NCBI GenBank assembly: GCA_030704615.1
Contig: CM060733.1
Location: 64,356,001 to 64,420,000 of the forward strand
Source: Takakia lepidozioides
Lineage: Eukaryota; Plantae; Bryophyta
Length of the DNA stretch: 64,000 bases
Direction: 5' to 3'
The position numbers were made by a program, and so were the translations under genes. Position 1 is the stretch's first letter; every line of letters begins with the position of its first letter. This document shows positions 46,407-59,390 of this stretch, piece by piece. A model generated the notes under the pieces. That model saw only the letters and a list, made by a program, of their open reading frames with translations. It did no database searches and was not told where the DNA came from.

Positions 46407-48017
46407 GTTTCCTGCACTGGATACACGCGGTCAAAACCTTCGCCTGTGCAAATTGGTGGTTTGAGATTCACCGGCGACTTCACAACTTGGAGGCAGATGG
46501 ATTGCCGAGTCCGAGACAAAACGTGATAGAAAATAGAGACGCTTCGGAAAAGCAACCACAGGGCGCCCAGAAAGACACATGGTTCCAAAAAGAACCTGAA
46601 AAACAGATTGCATTAGCATGTCAAACGCACAAGCGCTAGAATGGGCACACACGAGTGCCGCGTCTTGAGTGACCTCCTCCAAACAAAAAGATCGTGTTCA
46701 CCAATCTGTGCATGCGGCGGTAATCAATAATCTCGCACAAGAACTATTGTGAATCGATTCAGTTTCAGACTAGTAATTCGTTACTGAAACCGAGAGATGT
46801 GGAGAGAACGATGGGCCAAGGAAGAAGTAAGGTCCAGGGGAACCCAGAAAACGACGATGGATCCTCGAACCACAACGCTTGGGCCCGGCCATAGTGTAGT
46901 GTTGCTAAGTGTAGTCTCAAGTCTCAACACTCAAATGATCATCTGCTACAACTTCATATCTCTGGGCTACCTGTGTGCACAATCCTCGCTAACTATGCCT
47001 GACTTGTCGGAACTCCAACTGCTGTACAGTACGTCAGATCATGCTTCTCACCGAGGAAAACCTGTTCTCAAGATCTTGCACAGGGTAACATAGAAAGCTA
47101 CGTTTCGACTAGCAAATGCGTTGGACCAAAGTGCACATGACGTTGTCCCTAATAAAAGGGTATATGAGAGCTGCCGGCTGAAGAGAGATGTGGCACCATA
47201 GGGCAGCTTGCCTTTCTCCATGACATCAGCGGCCAGGAGCACTCTTGTCTCAAATCCATCGCCCACCAAATTTCGCAACCGCCAGGGTGTCCGGGCAGTG
47301 GGGAGGCAGGCGGGCATCCCAGCTCCACATGGCAGGCGGTCATAAGCCAGAGCCTGGACCTCTGAGAGAGCATTGGAGCCGCAGCGATTCCAGACCGGTG
47401 GATGCCTGCCTTACTCTTTATGTCGATCAATCTGTCTCAATGTCCACATGCACTTGCTCTCTCTCCTCTTCCATTGTGTTGTGGCCAAGCTCTTGTGAGC
47501 TTTTGGGTCTTTTCTTCTCTCTCTCTCCTCTCCCTCTCTCATTTGATCCTTCGGGCCTTCTCCCCTGGACGTTATAGAGTTTCTTTCTTTCTTTCCTTCT
47601 TTCTCTTTTGGGGTGTTTTGCATGCCTCATATAGTTGTGTTAGATTCAGACAGGGAGCGTGATTTAGACTTCTGAATTGACACCCACCACGCCCATTGCT
47701 TCACCTGTGCTCACGAGGAAGGCTCTCGTTGGCCTATCTATTGTACGAAGATTACAGATTTGACATAACCTGAAAGACACAAACCACCCATCATGGGACC
47801 CAAGCGGTCACCTGAAAATCTCCGTGGAGATAAGAATTTCAATGTGGTTAGATCTCCTCGATTAATTCTTTCAATGTATGCTGTGAATGCATCCGACCCA
47901 AGAATCCAGCCCACCGTACTTTTGAGTCACAATCTGTTCCTCTCTCTCCCTTAAAAAATCTCCTGGTTGGTTGTAACATCTGACAAGCTAGTACAGAATT
48001 GGAGGGAGTTTTATTAA

Positions 48018-50699
48018 ATGGAGACACTGGAGAAGAAATCCCTAAAAGGCCCACTTATAACAACTGTTGGATGCTCTGAGGATTTTCCAGCTACGTTCAC
48101 CCATGAAACTTTCCTTCAACCAGCTATGGATCCGGCATTGTGGAGTTTCTGTCCAGAAGACTTGGTAGACAGAGTGCTCGCATGGCTGCCCCTTCCCAGC
48201 TTTTTCCGCCTCCGTGCAGTTTCCAAAACGTGGAACACCCTACTGTATTCTCGCAATTTTATTCAGATTTGCTCTCATATTCCTTCGAGGGATTCATGGA
48301 TTCTCATCTTTGCCGACCGGGGATACCGAGTTGTATCAGCCTACATTCCAACGGAGAACAGGTGGCACAACATACCCCTCTCCTTTCTTCCCTTCGATAT
48401 TTCTGATGTGACTGTAGCTGGGGGACTCCTGGTGTTCCGTTTGCATGAAGCAAACGGAGCTTCAAGTGTGTGTGTTTGCAACCCTGTCACTAGCTCATGG
48501 AGAAAGCTGCCACCCATGCTGGGAGGATGGCGGGATGGCCTCATGGGCCTGGTTATTGACAGAAAATCAAGAGCCTACAAGATAATTGTTCGTAGTAATC
48601 TCGCCCCAGTTTATAGCCACGGGGTTGTTTTGAGAACAGAGGTGTACGATTCAACAACCAACCTCTGGAAACGGACAGACGGCCTGGAGGATGGGATAAC
48701 GACAGGCCATGCTTTCTGCGACGGAGTGCTGTATTTTATGACATGGGAAACCCGTAGCGGCATTTATGGGGTTTATGCCTACAATGTGGAGCAAGGGACC
48801 TGGAGCAAAGTTCACGTGCCGATTCCTGATTTCATGACATGCCCTCATGTGGTGGAATGCCAGGGCCGGCTTCTGATGGTGGGGGGTTTTGGCAGGTAAG
48901 AGCCTACTCCATGCAAATCTCTGAATGTAAAGTTCGCTCCCTGGTCTTCATCTTTTTCCCTACATAGCAATCAGATCTCTCTCTCTCTCTCTCTCTCTGG
49001 GGCTCACTAAATTTTTCCACTGCAGAGGGGTCAACTCTGAGGTTAAGAAAACCATGCTTTGCCGCGTTATTAGACCTGCCTTGGAGTACGGATCTGCTAT
49101 ATGGGTTGATAACTCCAACCAGGCTAAGTCTCTAGAATCCATTCAAGTGGGCTTAAGGAGTGTATGTCAGCATGCTCCAAAACAGCCAATGTGGCTGTTC
49201 GGGGTGAGTTTGGCATTCCGTCCTTAAGCTCCCACTGAGATGAATTCAAGGTCAGATGGTGGGGTCAGCTGCAACATATGCCCAACACCAGATATCCTAA
49301 GTTAATCGACTCTATATCTTGGAAACAGGACCGCCCTGTCGAACAGGCTAAGTCCTGGCAGAAGAGAGTAGAAGAGATTCTCAAGGTCCTGGACCTGGAT
49401 CCGCAAGTCTTGACCCTGCTGGATAAATCTGATTTAGAGGCTGTAGTGTCCGATGCCATGTCTGTTGCCATGAGATTGTCTGATGAAAATGAAGGTAGGC
49501 AGAAAACCTCCCTGAACTTGTTTCCAGTCAGTGACATGGGGGAGGACATCTTGGATGACCTCAAGGGTCTACCCACTCTCGGCACTAGACTGAAATTTAA
49601 ACTCAGGGCAGGAAGCCTACCTTTGAACAGCAAACAGAAGCAGAGAGGAAAGGGAGAGTGCAATTGCCCATTGTGTGGGCAATCTGAAGACAGTATTCAT
49701 TTTCTGATACACTGTCCGGGGTTCTCTCACCAAAGAGACGCTCTCTTCAACTCTATCAAGGGAATTGTGCCTGTACCCCTGTTTACCAACTTCGAAAGTC
49801 TCGAGGCTGAGCCAAAAGCCCAGGCCCTCCTGAGGCCTAGTTTTTGGGCAAATCACACACAGCAGATTGATGCTTGTGTGAAGGGATTTCTAGAGGATAT
49901 CTGGAAAACCCGGATTAATTCTTTATATGAAGGTAAGTCTTACTACCAACGTCAGCCCCTGACAGAGGTAGGTTCTGTCCCTTTTGATCCCGCTCAAACT
50001 GGGCGCGGGGTCAATGGCCACAAGGCTACGGCAAACAACGTCTTATGAGTACAATCTCTCTCTCTATTTCTGTGTGAAGCTTGAGATTTGAGTTGCCCTT
50101 GGTCATTAGTTATAAAGCACTGGCTTTGCTTTCTTTCCTTCGTCAGAAGAGTGCATGTTTGATCCACAAAAAGGTGAAGGATCTCTTCAAGAATTGTACC
50201 ATGTATTTGAATACATACAAACCACAAAAAGTACATATCTGAGAGTACTACCATCACCGCCATTGCTCAGTGAATATTCTCCGGTATATCTGTTTGGATA
50301 CATAATACAACTCCTCACCTTGATGTTGACTTGCAACTGACTCACTTTGTGCAACACATATTCATTTTGAGAGTGTGCATGGATGTTTGCAGGAGACCTC
50401 ATTTTGTTACGGAGGGGATATGTGTGTGGGAGCTTCGGCATTCAACTAGAGATTGGGTAGTGGTGCAAAACATGCCCGAAGGAATGTTTAAGGAGCTTCT
50501 TAACAACTCCAGCCTGTTGTCATTCAACTGCGTCGGGCATGAGAACATGATCTACCTGAGCAATCGCAAGAGCCCACAGCTGCTTGTTATTTTCAACTGT
50601 GCTCAAAAAGCATGGCTGCGGTTGGACACATGCATTTCACATGACATCCATCCCATGTATTCTTGGTTTTCATATTTCCCTAGATTGGATGCTTACTAG
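48018..50699 (+). CDS. F-box protein with a kelch-like/beta-propeller C-terminus; join(48018..48895,50393..50699)
   Basis: F-box LWSFCPEDLVDRVLAWLPLPSFFRLRAVSKTWNTL, VCNPVTSSWRKLPPM, TEVYDSTTNLW, VVECQGRLLMVG. Donor AG|GTAAG at 48895 and acceptor TTGCAG at 50392 are phase compatible. Confidence 0.9.
48998..50054 (+). mobile_element. 5'-truncated RTEX-like LINE copy 2 in the F-box intron, inserted in a (CT)n tract
   Basis: Nearly identical to the reverse complement of ~40713-41770. (TC)n at 48976-48997 and again after ...GAGTACAA at 50055. Confidence 0.88.
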
Positions 50700-52324
50700 G
50701 GACCACCTTTGTGTGTTGCAAAGCTACCATGAAAATCTACTGATCTCAAATCACAATATTTCCATTGAAGATGCTTCATGACGTCTGTTTAGACTGATCC
50801 CTTAGCTATTCAAGAAACATATTACTGTAGCCTTGCCCTTGTCTGATCATTGCCCAAGTATGCAGTGAGTATTGCATGCTACTCAAAACCTGACTCCATG
50901 CTGTGAGAAAGACGTCTATTGATTGCCGAGTGCCTAGAGTCCCCCCTTCCACCCATGTGAGAGACTGTTCTTTTGGGCCATCCTGTGAGCAAATGGTTCC
51001 TGCATCAGACCACAAAGGATTGATGTAAGGTTAAGTCCATAGCGAACGGACAACAAGGATCATGCCCATTGAGTCCATGATTGAGCCTTGAAGGGCAAAA
51101 CAGTACATCCTGGTAACAGCATTGTGAAAGTGGGAGCAGTCCTGTCGACATCCTGTTGCCCCAAGTCCATGCATGACCTTGCAAATTGACTTTGCATATT
51201 GTGGTTACCACATATCCTCAAATTGTGCGAGTGCTCACTATCAAGTGATGCAACAACCATGTCAAGCCCTCAGTTTGTGATCACAATTTTCTTTGAGACT
51301 CCTGGAGATAGAGCACAGCCAAGCAAGCTTCACAAGAGCCCAAATTTCCTCCAGAAGTGAGTCTGCGCTCTGAGGTCACTCCACTTATTGGATTATGTTT
51401 CTAAGAAGGATCTCTAGCAACTCTGGTTGGCTGACTATTTCAACAAGTTTACTTATGTACACCATTGCCAAGAAAGCTACTATTAGTTCACATCCTCCAA
51501 CAGAAGTAAAGTATGCTGAAAAACGAACCAGACTAGAAGATCCATGGAGCCACTGTTAAAAGTCAGCAATCATGTCAATATCCCAAGGAGTTTCGTACAG
51601 TCACCCTTGTCATGAATGTGCTTATATGGTTGCACTAACAATTTCAAGAAGCTGCACTATTGCCAAACTCCTCATCTCAAAAGTTTGACAGTTTATCTCA
51701 GAGGGCAACTCAAGTCAAATCAGTACTTTTCCATACGTTTTGCAGAGGTTCTTAGAGCACCAACTTCAAGTAAAAGACTTAATGTCAAATCAATGTGGAA
51801 GAAACATGGATTGCGAAGCATAAGCTTCTATTCTTTAGCTGGAACACCAAACAACTGAACTTCTGACCGTAGTTGCTCCTACAGTCATTAACATAACCGA
51901 TGCCATTGGGCAGCTGCTTTCATGTAGTCCACTAATTTGACCTAGATAGTGATGAGCCACAAAAATGGCGTCAATATTACAGCTCTTGTGGTGTATGGTT
52001 TCTGCATCCATGAAATTTTCCAAATTGAGACTCTAGACGAACCAATCACTCCTCGTGACTTCAGTAGATTGAGTCAGATCATGAAGATAACCCCTATAGT
52101 TTGTTCTGCAATAAGGCTGGCATAGAAATTTGTTGTTTAAGAAATGACGATGTCCAGCAATCAATGTTGGTCAAGGGTGGGGTGCTTACAGGATGAGTAA
52201 GCACACGGGAACCGACATGAATCCCTTGAACCTGACCTCAACCCACTTAGGAAAACTTGAGCATCCGATAACTTGTGATTGTCCAAATAATTATGTCAGT
52301 TGTTGGACTTAAATGCTCCTCCAA

Positions 52325-53726
52325 TCAGAGAGAGATTCGGGGGATCTGCACTGGCACAGGCGGCTGGAGACTGCCCAATGACTGCTTGTTTTGCATTTGA
52401 CACCAAGCATGATAATCACTGATTATGCCTTGTAAGAGTGCTCCCTCCATTGCCCCAATGATGCGATCAAGAACCTCATCACCAGCACGAATCAGTAACT
52501 CTTCTGGCAACAGCGAAAGAGGGAGGGGCAAATCAACCCCGAGTCCTAGGCTCACCCAACCGTCAAAATTGCATTTGCCATGAACCTGACTTGCAGCTGA
52601 TGCACATGGGCACACACGTAGCTGTCCTTGCAATGAAAACTGCAGGTCCACATTTTTCAGATTATCTGGAAGCCCTGTCACATCCAGCCCCAGCTTTTTT
52701 GAATGTATTCGGAGTGCTGCCTTTTCATAGCTTACCCTACAAACATGACCACAAAAATTCAACGCATATACTGATACGATGTGCAGAGGATAAAATATTA
52801 CTATGAAGCTGCTTCGGTGCATTTGAGTATGAGAGACTGAAAGAGGGACACATACTGCTTCATAGCAGTGCCTTTCCGTTGTCTTGTTGTCACACAACCC
52901 GCAGCAAGTTAGAGCAGAGAAGAAAACGGGGAGGCAGACAATAAATACTAGGGGTCCTGCTATGGTTGCTCAGGGCGCAGGGATAGACAAGAAACTTGCT
53001 TCCATGGTAATGTCATGATGTAGATTGCGACCGATAGCTGTCACACACACACAAAAGATGTGTCAACCTGCTCAAATTACATAAATAGTTGTGACCAGTT
53101 GCCCTTGCAGATCTTAAGGGATGTAACAGATGAAAATTGTGCAAGCATTCTGCACACAGGTCAATGCCTGAGAATGCATACCTGATTTCCACACTTGGTG
53201 CAGCTGACAGAGAGAAAAAAGTGACAGGGCGCAGCCGCGACCTCCAATACGAGTTACCCAAGTACTCTATGCGTGCTGAGTCAGGAAACGTAACCCCGAC
53301 CACCCTCTCTGTGTCCTTGAGGTAATCATCTGCTGGAAATGAACCTTGGTGAAAGGGAATGCGCACCTCTCTCCTTGACTTGAACACCACTAGCCGGGCT
53401 CGCACAGGATTCCCCACCAAATTTGGGTAGACGGATGTTAGGCTGGTTGATAAATGGCTAAAGAGGGAAGGAAAGAAATGTCTTATCGTGGGTGAATGTA
53501 AAGTAGTCTTGCCTGGCATTCCCGAAGACAGAGAGCTCGGGGAGGCCAATGAATAAAGATGACTGTCGCTACAAGTATGTTTAACGCAAATAGTGCACGA
53601 GGGTGATTGTGTCAACACTGGTAACCATGCTGAGGCTCCTGGAGACAATGTTGGTGGGAGTGATAGAAAAGAGGAAGATGCCCATGGTGCCATCGAGGAG
53701 GAAAGTAATTCTACAGATTGGATCAT
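52325..53726 (-). CDS. DUF1997-family protein with a Ser-rich transit-peptide-like N-terminus; exons 53726 (or 53693)..53182 and 52736..52325
   Basis: DDYLKDTERVVGVTFPD..RIEYLG...WR.RL.PVTFF and GWVSLGLGVDLPLPLSLLPE.L...GDEVLDRII...LLQGIISDYHAW. AG|GTATGC donor and TGTAG acceptor are in phase. Confidence 0.75.
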
Positions 53727-54594
53727 TCTGTTCGTCCACACAAAACTGATAACTCTTCAATCGTATCAACAAACTCCCTGAGAAGAGCTAAAACCTGGCC
53801 ACATTAGAATAGCGTCAGAAAGGATGGAAACTATGATATGGATGTAAGACATGAGAGTCAAGGTCATGCAGCAGTCCTCAAACATCACATTTCATTACAG
53901 CTCGCTTCCGGTTTGCTCTTTCTGGAGAAGAATTACACATAAATTCGTCATCCAATGAAAGCCCACAAGCCGCGGGCATCTTGCCAAGTGCGTGCCACGA
54001 CGCAAGCTACCAATTGGAAAATTACGCAAGCAGAAGTGCTCCCAAAAGACTTACGCGACCATGGCAAAACAGGACCAAAAGTACATCACACCAGATTACT
54101 CTCTTCTGATATTTGTCAATAGCGAGCTTGGATATTGGATAGCAGTGGACAGCTTCGTCAGAGGAGAATGTACTAACCAATATCTTCAACTCTGCGTCCT
54201 GCTACCCATCTTTCCACACCTCACCACTCGGCCTGGACGCTCGATAAATGAAGCTTCTCTTCTATCACTCCGTGCAGAAATGGCCCACCGCCTAACTTCC
54301 CTCGAAGCCCCACTGTTTTGGCACCAGAAAGAGCAGAAAGAGGATCTCTGGAATGCTGATGCCTGGCAAATTCTTGTCGAATCTTGTTTGCTCCGTGTCT
54401 TTTCTTTCTTTCTTTTTTTTTCTTTTTTTTTTTTGTAAAGAAAGGGGACGGAGGCCCTTTTAATTCCAGTGACGAAAAAGTCAGAACTGGTTTTAGCATA
54501 GGCTAGAATAGGCTCTCTTTCTCTCATCTCGTTCGTTTCGGCGCCAATTTTCGAGCGCATCGTATGCGCGGCAGGTGTGTGGAATGGAGGGTTT

Positions 54595-54965
54595 TGTTGG
54601 AATTTGACATAGAATAGAGGTAAAAGATGAAGTGATAACTGAGAACTCTCCACCAACCATAGGACCACAACAAGATGTGTGTCCACCCTCCGAGCTCTCC
54701 TTATTTATACTCAAAGTCTAATCCAGAAATAGCTGAGATAACTATAGCATAACTCCATGCTTTTACTTTAAGTTATCTTCACCTGCTATTATGGTACAAT
54801 GACTTGAGTCACTAATAACTGAAGGTAACTTTAGCTATCTTTTAGCTAACCGAGGCTTATCTCTATTGTTAACTGTGACTTGTCAGCACTCTTTTTATGG
54901 AAGCCTGACTTGTCATCACCGTAACTCTAGATAGTAGTAACTTGGTCAGGAGTTGATTTCCAACA
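54595..54965 (-). repeat. 3' LTR (371 bp) of a minus-strand Copia element
   Basis: TGTTGGAA...TTCCAACA termini, adjacent PPT (reverse complement of the CCCCTACTCAA run after 54965), and RNase H end immediately upstream. Confidence 0.8.
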
Positions 54966-56497
54966 CCCCTACTCAACAAGTTACCAAGTTAAGCACTTAA
55001 CTACTCACATCAAGCCTCGAAAGCGTTCAAGCTTTTCAGCACTAAGCCTTTTTGTCAGTATGTCTACAACCATGTTGTTGGTGTTGCAATATACAAACTT
55101 GACAACCCCAGCTTCAGTCTTCTCTCGTACCAAATGATGATGAATTTCAATATGCTTTGTGCGAGCATGAAACATTGAATTCTTTGAGAGAGCAATACAC
55201 CCTTGGTTGTCATCATATATGACCATGGTATCCCTCTGTGGATGACCAATACTAGATAGAAATGATGATAACCATAATATTTGCCTTATAGCTTGAGATG
55301 CAGCTCCCCTTCTGCAGCTTTCCTCTTCCCTCTCACATCTGCTGGAATTTCTGTCTGCTCTAGGGTTTCTGGACCTTCTCCCGGTTCCGCGTTCCGCGTG
55401 CTTCCACCTCCTTTAGTGTCCTTGCGAATCATCTCTGCCTGAGCCCTGGGTACTCGGCTTTGGTACAAGCGTAACCTTGAGTTTTAAAGAAACTCCCTTC
55501 TTGGAACAAATTCCCTATCTGCAATCTTGCCCTGTGTTCATCCACATCCACATGCCCTGATGGCAAATCAAACAATTGCTGCAGGTACTGGTGAGTAATT
55601 TCTATATCTACTCCCCTCACCTGAGTAACTCCCGTCCGAGGCTCAAAACTCTGAAGAAATTGTATCATGAACTGCCGATGATGCAAGGACCAGTCCTTGC
55701 GTAGCAGCCCCTCCAATCGCAACTCCCTTAGCAGCTATACTGCTTGCGGTGCTGCAATTATTTGCTTCTGCAGTATCGTGGTGCTCTTCACCCTGATATC
55801 CTCCATTCCCCTCACTCTCTTCATTCTAGACAAACAGAAAGGTTTTGTTTGAAACAGCTGAAGGAAAGCTTGCAGGGCACAGAGCATGGACAAACAAATC
55901 ATGAAATCTAGATCTAAACACAGCCTTGGAGGAACTTCGTGGCAAGTTACTTATAGAATTCGTCGTAGGTAGCATGGATCCCACCATTTGAGGGGTTGGA
56001 TGGACTTTTATGGATGTCACCATATGCCAATTTTGGTCCACCATATCTTGCATTTACCCATAAATCTATTGATATTAAATGGATGTATAAAGTTAAGATG
56101 TGCTCTGATGGCAAAGTAATCAAACTCAAAGCGAGACTTATTGCCAAAGGGTTTAATTAAACAACATGATTTGACTACAATGAGACGTTCGCCCCTATAG
56201 CAAATGGAGTACCATCCGATGTGCGGTTGTTTTAGCCCTAGGAACCACGAATGAAAATAGCACCAATGTAATATTGCAAATGACGTAATAAAGACATATC
56301 GAAGTATTTGGATCATAGAGTCGTGCAATTTAGAGGTGTGGTTGCCTGTAATGATGAGATCATCTACATAGACAATGATGATGGTTTTGCAATCTTCGAA
56401 AAGAAAATACAAAATAGAATCAGAATGACAATTAATTGACAAACCTTATGAATGATCTTCGTGTACCAAGCTAGCTAGCGAGTTGGCTTGTGAGGTC
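54966..56497 (-). mobile_element. Scrambled Copia internal region (RNase H end, extra ORF, inverted RT piece, RT YVDD), continuing at 63852-64000
   Basis: DNQGCIALSKN.MFHARTKHIEIHHHLVRE...DILTK (55005-55226) and IIVYVDDLIITG (~56350-56390) on the minus strand. Plus-strand KWMYKVK..DGKV.KLKARLIAKGF (~56075-56155). KVCKLHKALY at ~63857-63890. Confidence 0.8.
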
Positions 56498-57473
56498 TGT
56501 CGCGCGGCTTTTACTCACCCATCCCTTCGCTATCCGAGGCGGAAACTCCAAGATAGAAGAGTTGGAAATCTCTAAGTACTCAGCCCGCGCAGAACAATCA
56601 GTCATGACCTACAGCTAGTGTATCATGGGGGTGTTTCCTATTTGTTTCTTTTTCCGCATTCATCTTAGCTACCTTACCATTGATAATTAAGTATCAGTTT
56701 GCTTCATCAATTTATCGGTTTCCTTAACTCCTCCATTCAATCCACAGCTTCACTCAGATCTCTCTACACAGTGTGATTGTATCGTATAAGTATCAGATTA
56801 TGATTTATCAGGTATCAGGCCGAAGCCATTATGTCTCTATTCTTCTTTCCTATATCACTATAGCTTTGCATATAACAAGCATCTACTAATCCTCTTTTCT
56901 CCTTCATCGTGCTCTCCGATCTCCGCTCCCGCCTGACTCCGAAGTCCTCCCCGAATAATGATCCCCTTCTTCATTCCCCGTTTTTCCCTTTATCCTCCTA
57001 TCCGCGGTTCTAACCGTTTCCCTCTCTAACCGTCGTATGTGAACTAACATGTTCCCTTCACAGGTGTTGTTCCCCACAGTCGTTCCCTGTCCTACTCTTC
57101 GTTCCCTATTATCGTGACAGCTGTGTCAAGCGGTGACTGGCTGTGTTTGGCTGTGTCGGGCTGTGACTGGCTGTGTGGCTGTGCCGGGCTGTGACTGGCT
57201 GTGTGGGCTGTGTCTGCTGTGACGACTGTGACGGGCTGTGTGGGCTGTGTGGGCTGTGACGACTGTGACGGGCTGTGTGGGCTGTGACGGCTGTGTGGGC
57301 TGTGACGACTGTGACGGGCTGTGTGGGCTGTGACGGCTGTGTGGGCTATGTAACCCCCCTCTACAGTGCGCTGCTGTCACCCCTAAGGTTCCTGTTTGTC
57401 TCAGTCTGTGCAAAAATTAAGGGTACCCTACAGATCCCGTATAAGTGTCTAAGTCCCCTACAGTCCTCTAACA
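56498..57473 (-). repeat. 3' LTR containing a GGCTGTGAC/GGCTGTGTG minisatellite (~57120-57347)
   Basis: Direct repeat of 62857-63851. Confidence 0.95.
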
Positions 57474-57504
57474 TTACCCCTTCCCCCCTCAAAAAGCCGT
57501 GTCC

Positions 57505-59390
57505 TCACGGTTTACTGTTTCCGAGTAGCAACCTTTGTGAGTGAGCACCTTGTTGACGTTGAGAGTTTCGTGGTGGGTTGTGTGTACGAGCCCGAGGTCT
57601 GTCTCTGGTTGATGGAGATGGTTGATCACTACCTGGATAAGTGAGGCCTTCTGGAGGTTGATATCGAGGTAATCTTTCCGGCATAGGAGATCCCCTTTGT
57701 TTCTTCTCTTCCATCTGAATTGCATAGTCTTCTCCCATGTCAAAAGAATTTTGTGAAGAAACAGTTGTATCAGAATCCTCATCGCCTCTCAGGTGTTTTA
57801 ATTTTCGAACTTTTTGTGGAATCATCTGGGGCATACAATGCTGTCCTACCATGTCTGGAAGTTTGCATTTTACAACCTGGTATAACCGTTGAACAGCAAA
57901 ATTGGTGTAGACACTGAGCTCCTTGTCTGTCCAGATGAGTGGGGTACCAATTACTGGTGCAGCGTGCAAGTATTTCCATGCGATATGTCCCTTATAGAAA
58001 ATGTCATCAAGTCCGAATTTCTGTGTTGACAAATTGTTGCAGGCTGCTTGAAACCATGAACAAATTTGAGAATCCTTCTGTATCATAACTTTTGGGTCAT
58101 ATAGGTACATATGAGGTGGCACCGAAGGTAATACCCAATGATCTCCACTGGAGTAACTTTGAAAGCGTGCTTGCATCTTTTGTTGCTCTATGTGGTAACG
58201 TATCAGAAAACAAGCAGCGTAGTATAGCCCGCACCCCATGACAATACTTGCTATCTCCTTGGTCTTGGTATAAATGAGTCCATGTACAACCTGGAAAGCA
58301 ACCAATTCCCTCAACATGGTACCTGCCTCGTGCCAGTATTGTGCAAAGTGATGATCTTCAATATGTCGATTGTTTGGAAGAACTTTAGTCCTGGTTGCCA
58401 CTGGCAGCCAAATACGCATGATTTGGTAGTAATGTGCGAATGACTGCGGAGGACTAAATTCTTTCCAAGCCAAATCCAACATGATGGGAATTTGGTTGAA
58501 GGGCATAATCATAGCCCTACTGTACTCCCTGGCAGCTGGAGTTTTAGGTGGGTTAAAAGCTGCATTGCCCCATACCTCCGGCTGTGGTGGCTGTGGTGTG
58601 GTTGTAGTAACCACAGGTTCAGCTACTGGTACACTGACCTGTTGTGGTGGTGGTGGTACTGGTTCCTGTACCATTGGCATCTCCTGCACCTCCTGTGAAG
58701 ACTGAAAAGCCAGAGTTCTGGCTTGCAAATAAGAAGCCATTAGCTGTTCCTGAGGGATATAGACTCTTTGGTCGATGTTTGAAGTGAGGTCTTCCACTTG
58801 AGTCTGGAGCCCGTCTACATCCTCTTGTAACTCTGCTATCCTACTATAGACATTGTCTATAGTAGTTGTGGCAATGTTCTACACCTGCAGTCTGAGCTCA
58901 TTCATCTCGCTTTGGGTGAGCTTCCGTGGGCTTTTGCCCTCTACTGGCCCTTGTGCTAACCAGACCTGCATAAGGCTGTTATCCACCAAGCTGCTTGTGG
59001 TTCCCCTGAGAGTTTGCTCTTCTCTTAGCTTGTACAATTCCAACTGCTGTTGTAAAGCCTCCATGCGCTTCGCCTGTGGCTCAACCAATTGCGCATAGGC
59101 AGCAAGTAGATTATTGGCTTCCTTCGAAGCCTTGTTACTGACCGCGATTTCATTTCTATTGGCCACGATGGTTTGTTGCAACTCCACGATGTATTTCTCT
59201 TGCTCAGCTTCCATCTGCCTGTATTGCTTGAAAGTATCTTCATTGCGACAGATTGTATTCTTCATATCGACAATGAGCTTCATGTGTTCCACATTCTCTT
59301 CTTCTGCCTTCGTACATTTTTCCGCTTGACTGTTTATTTCTTTTGTTGATTGGTCAAGCATAGTTGTAAATGTAGCGCATTGTATCGCCA
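57505..59390 (-). CDS. Unknown extra ORF (coiled coil, Pro-rich linker, aromatic-rich globular domain, basic tail), in frame with the protease, with one internal TAG at 58879-58881
   Basis: ORFs 58879..60210 and 57505..58797 share a frame, and the 81 nt between them are open (NIATTTIDNVYSRIAELQEDVDGLQTQ). Confidence 0.6.

Noticed and set aside
51078-51100. TGATTGAGCC resembling the start of miR171
   Set aside because: The match stops after 10 nt and there is no convincing precursor hairpin.
53992-54686. Overlapping 148-aa and 166-aa ORFs upstream of the DUF1997 gene
   Set aside because: No recognisable motifs, and they run through poly-T and into an LTR. This is likely promoter or UTR sequence.
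57120-57347. Short-repeat array as a CRISPR-like locus, or the His/Ser/Pro ORFs 57126..57413 and 63449..63790 as genes
   Set aside because: The units are contiguous 9-10-mers without unique spacers, lie inside LTRs, and the ORFs are translation artefacts of the repeat.
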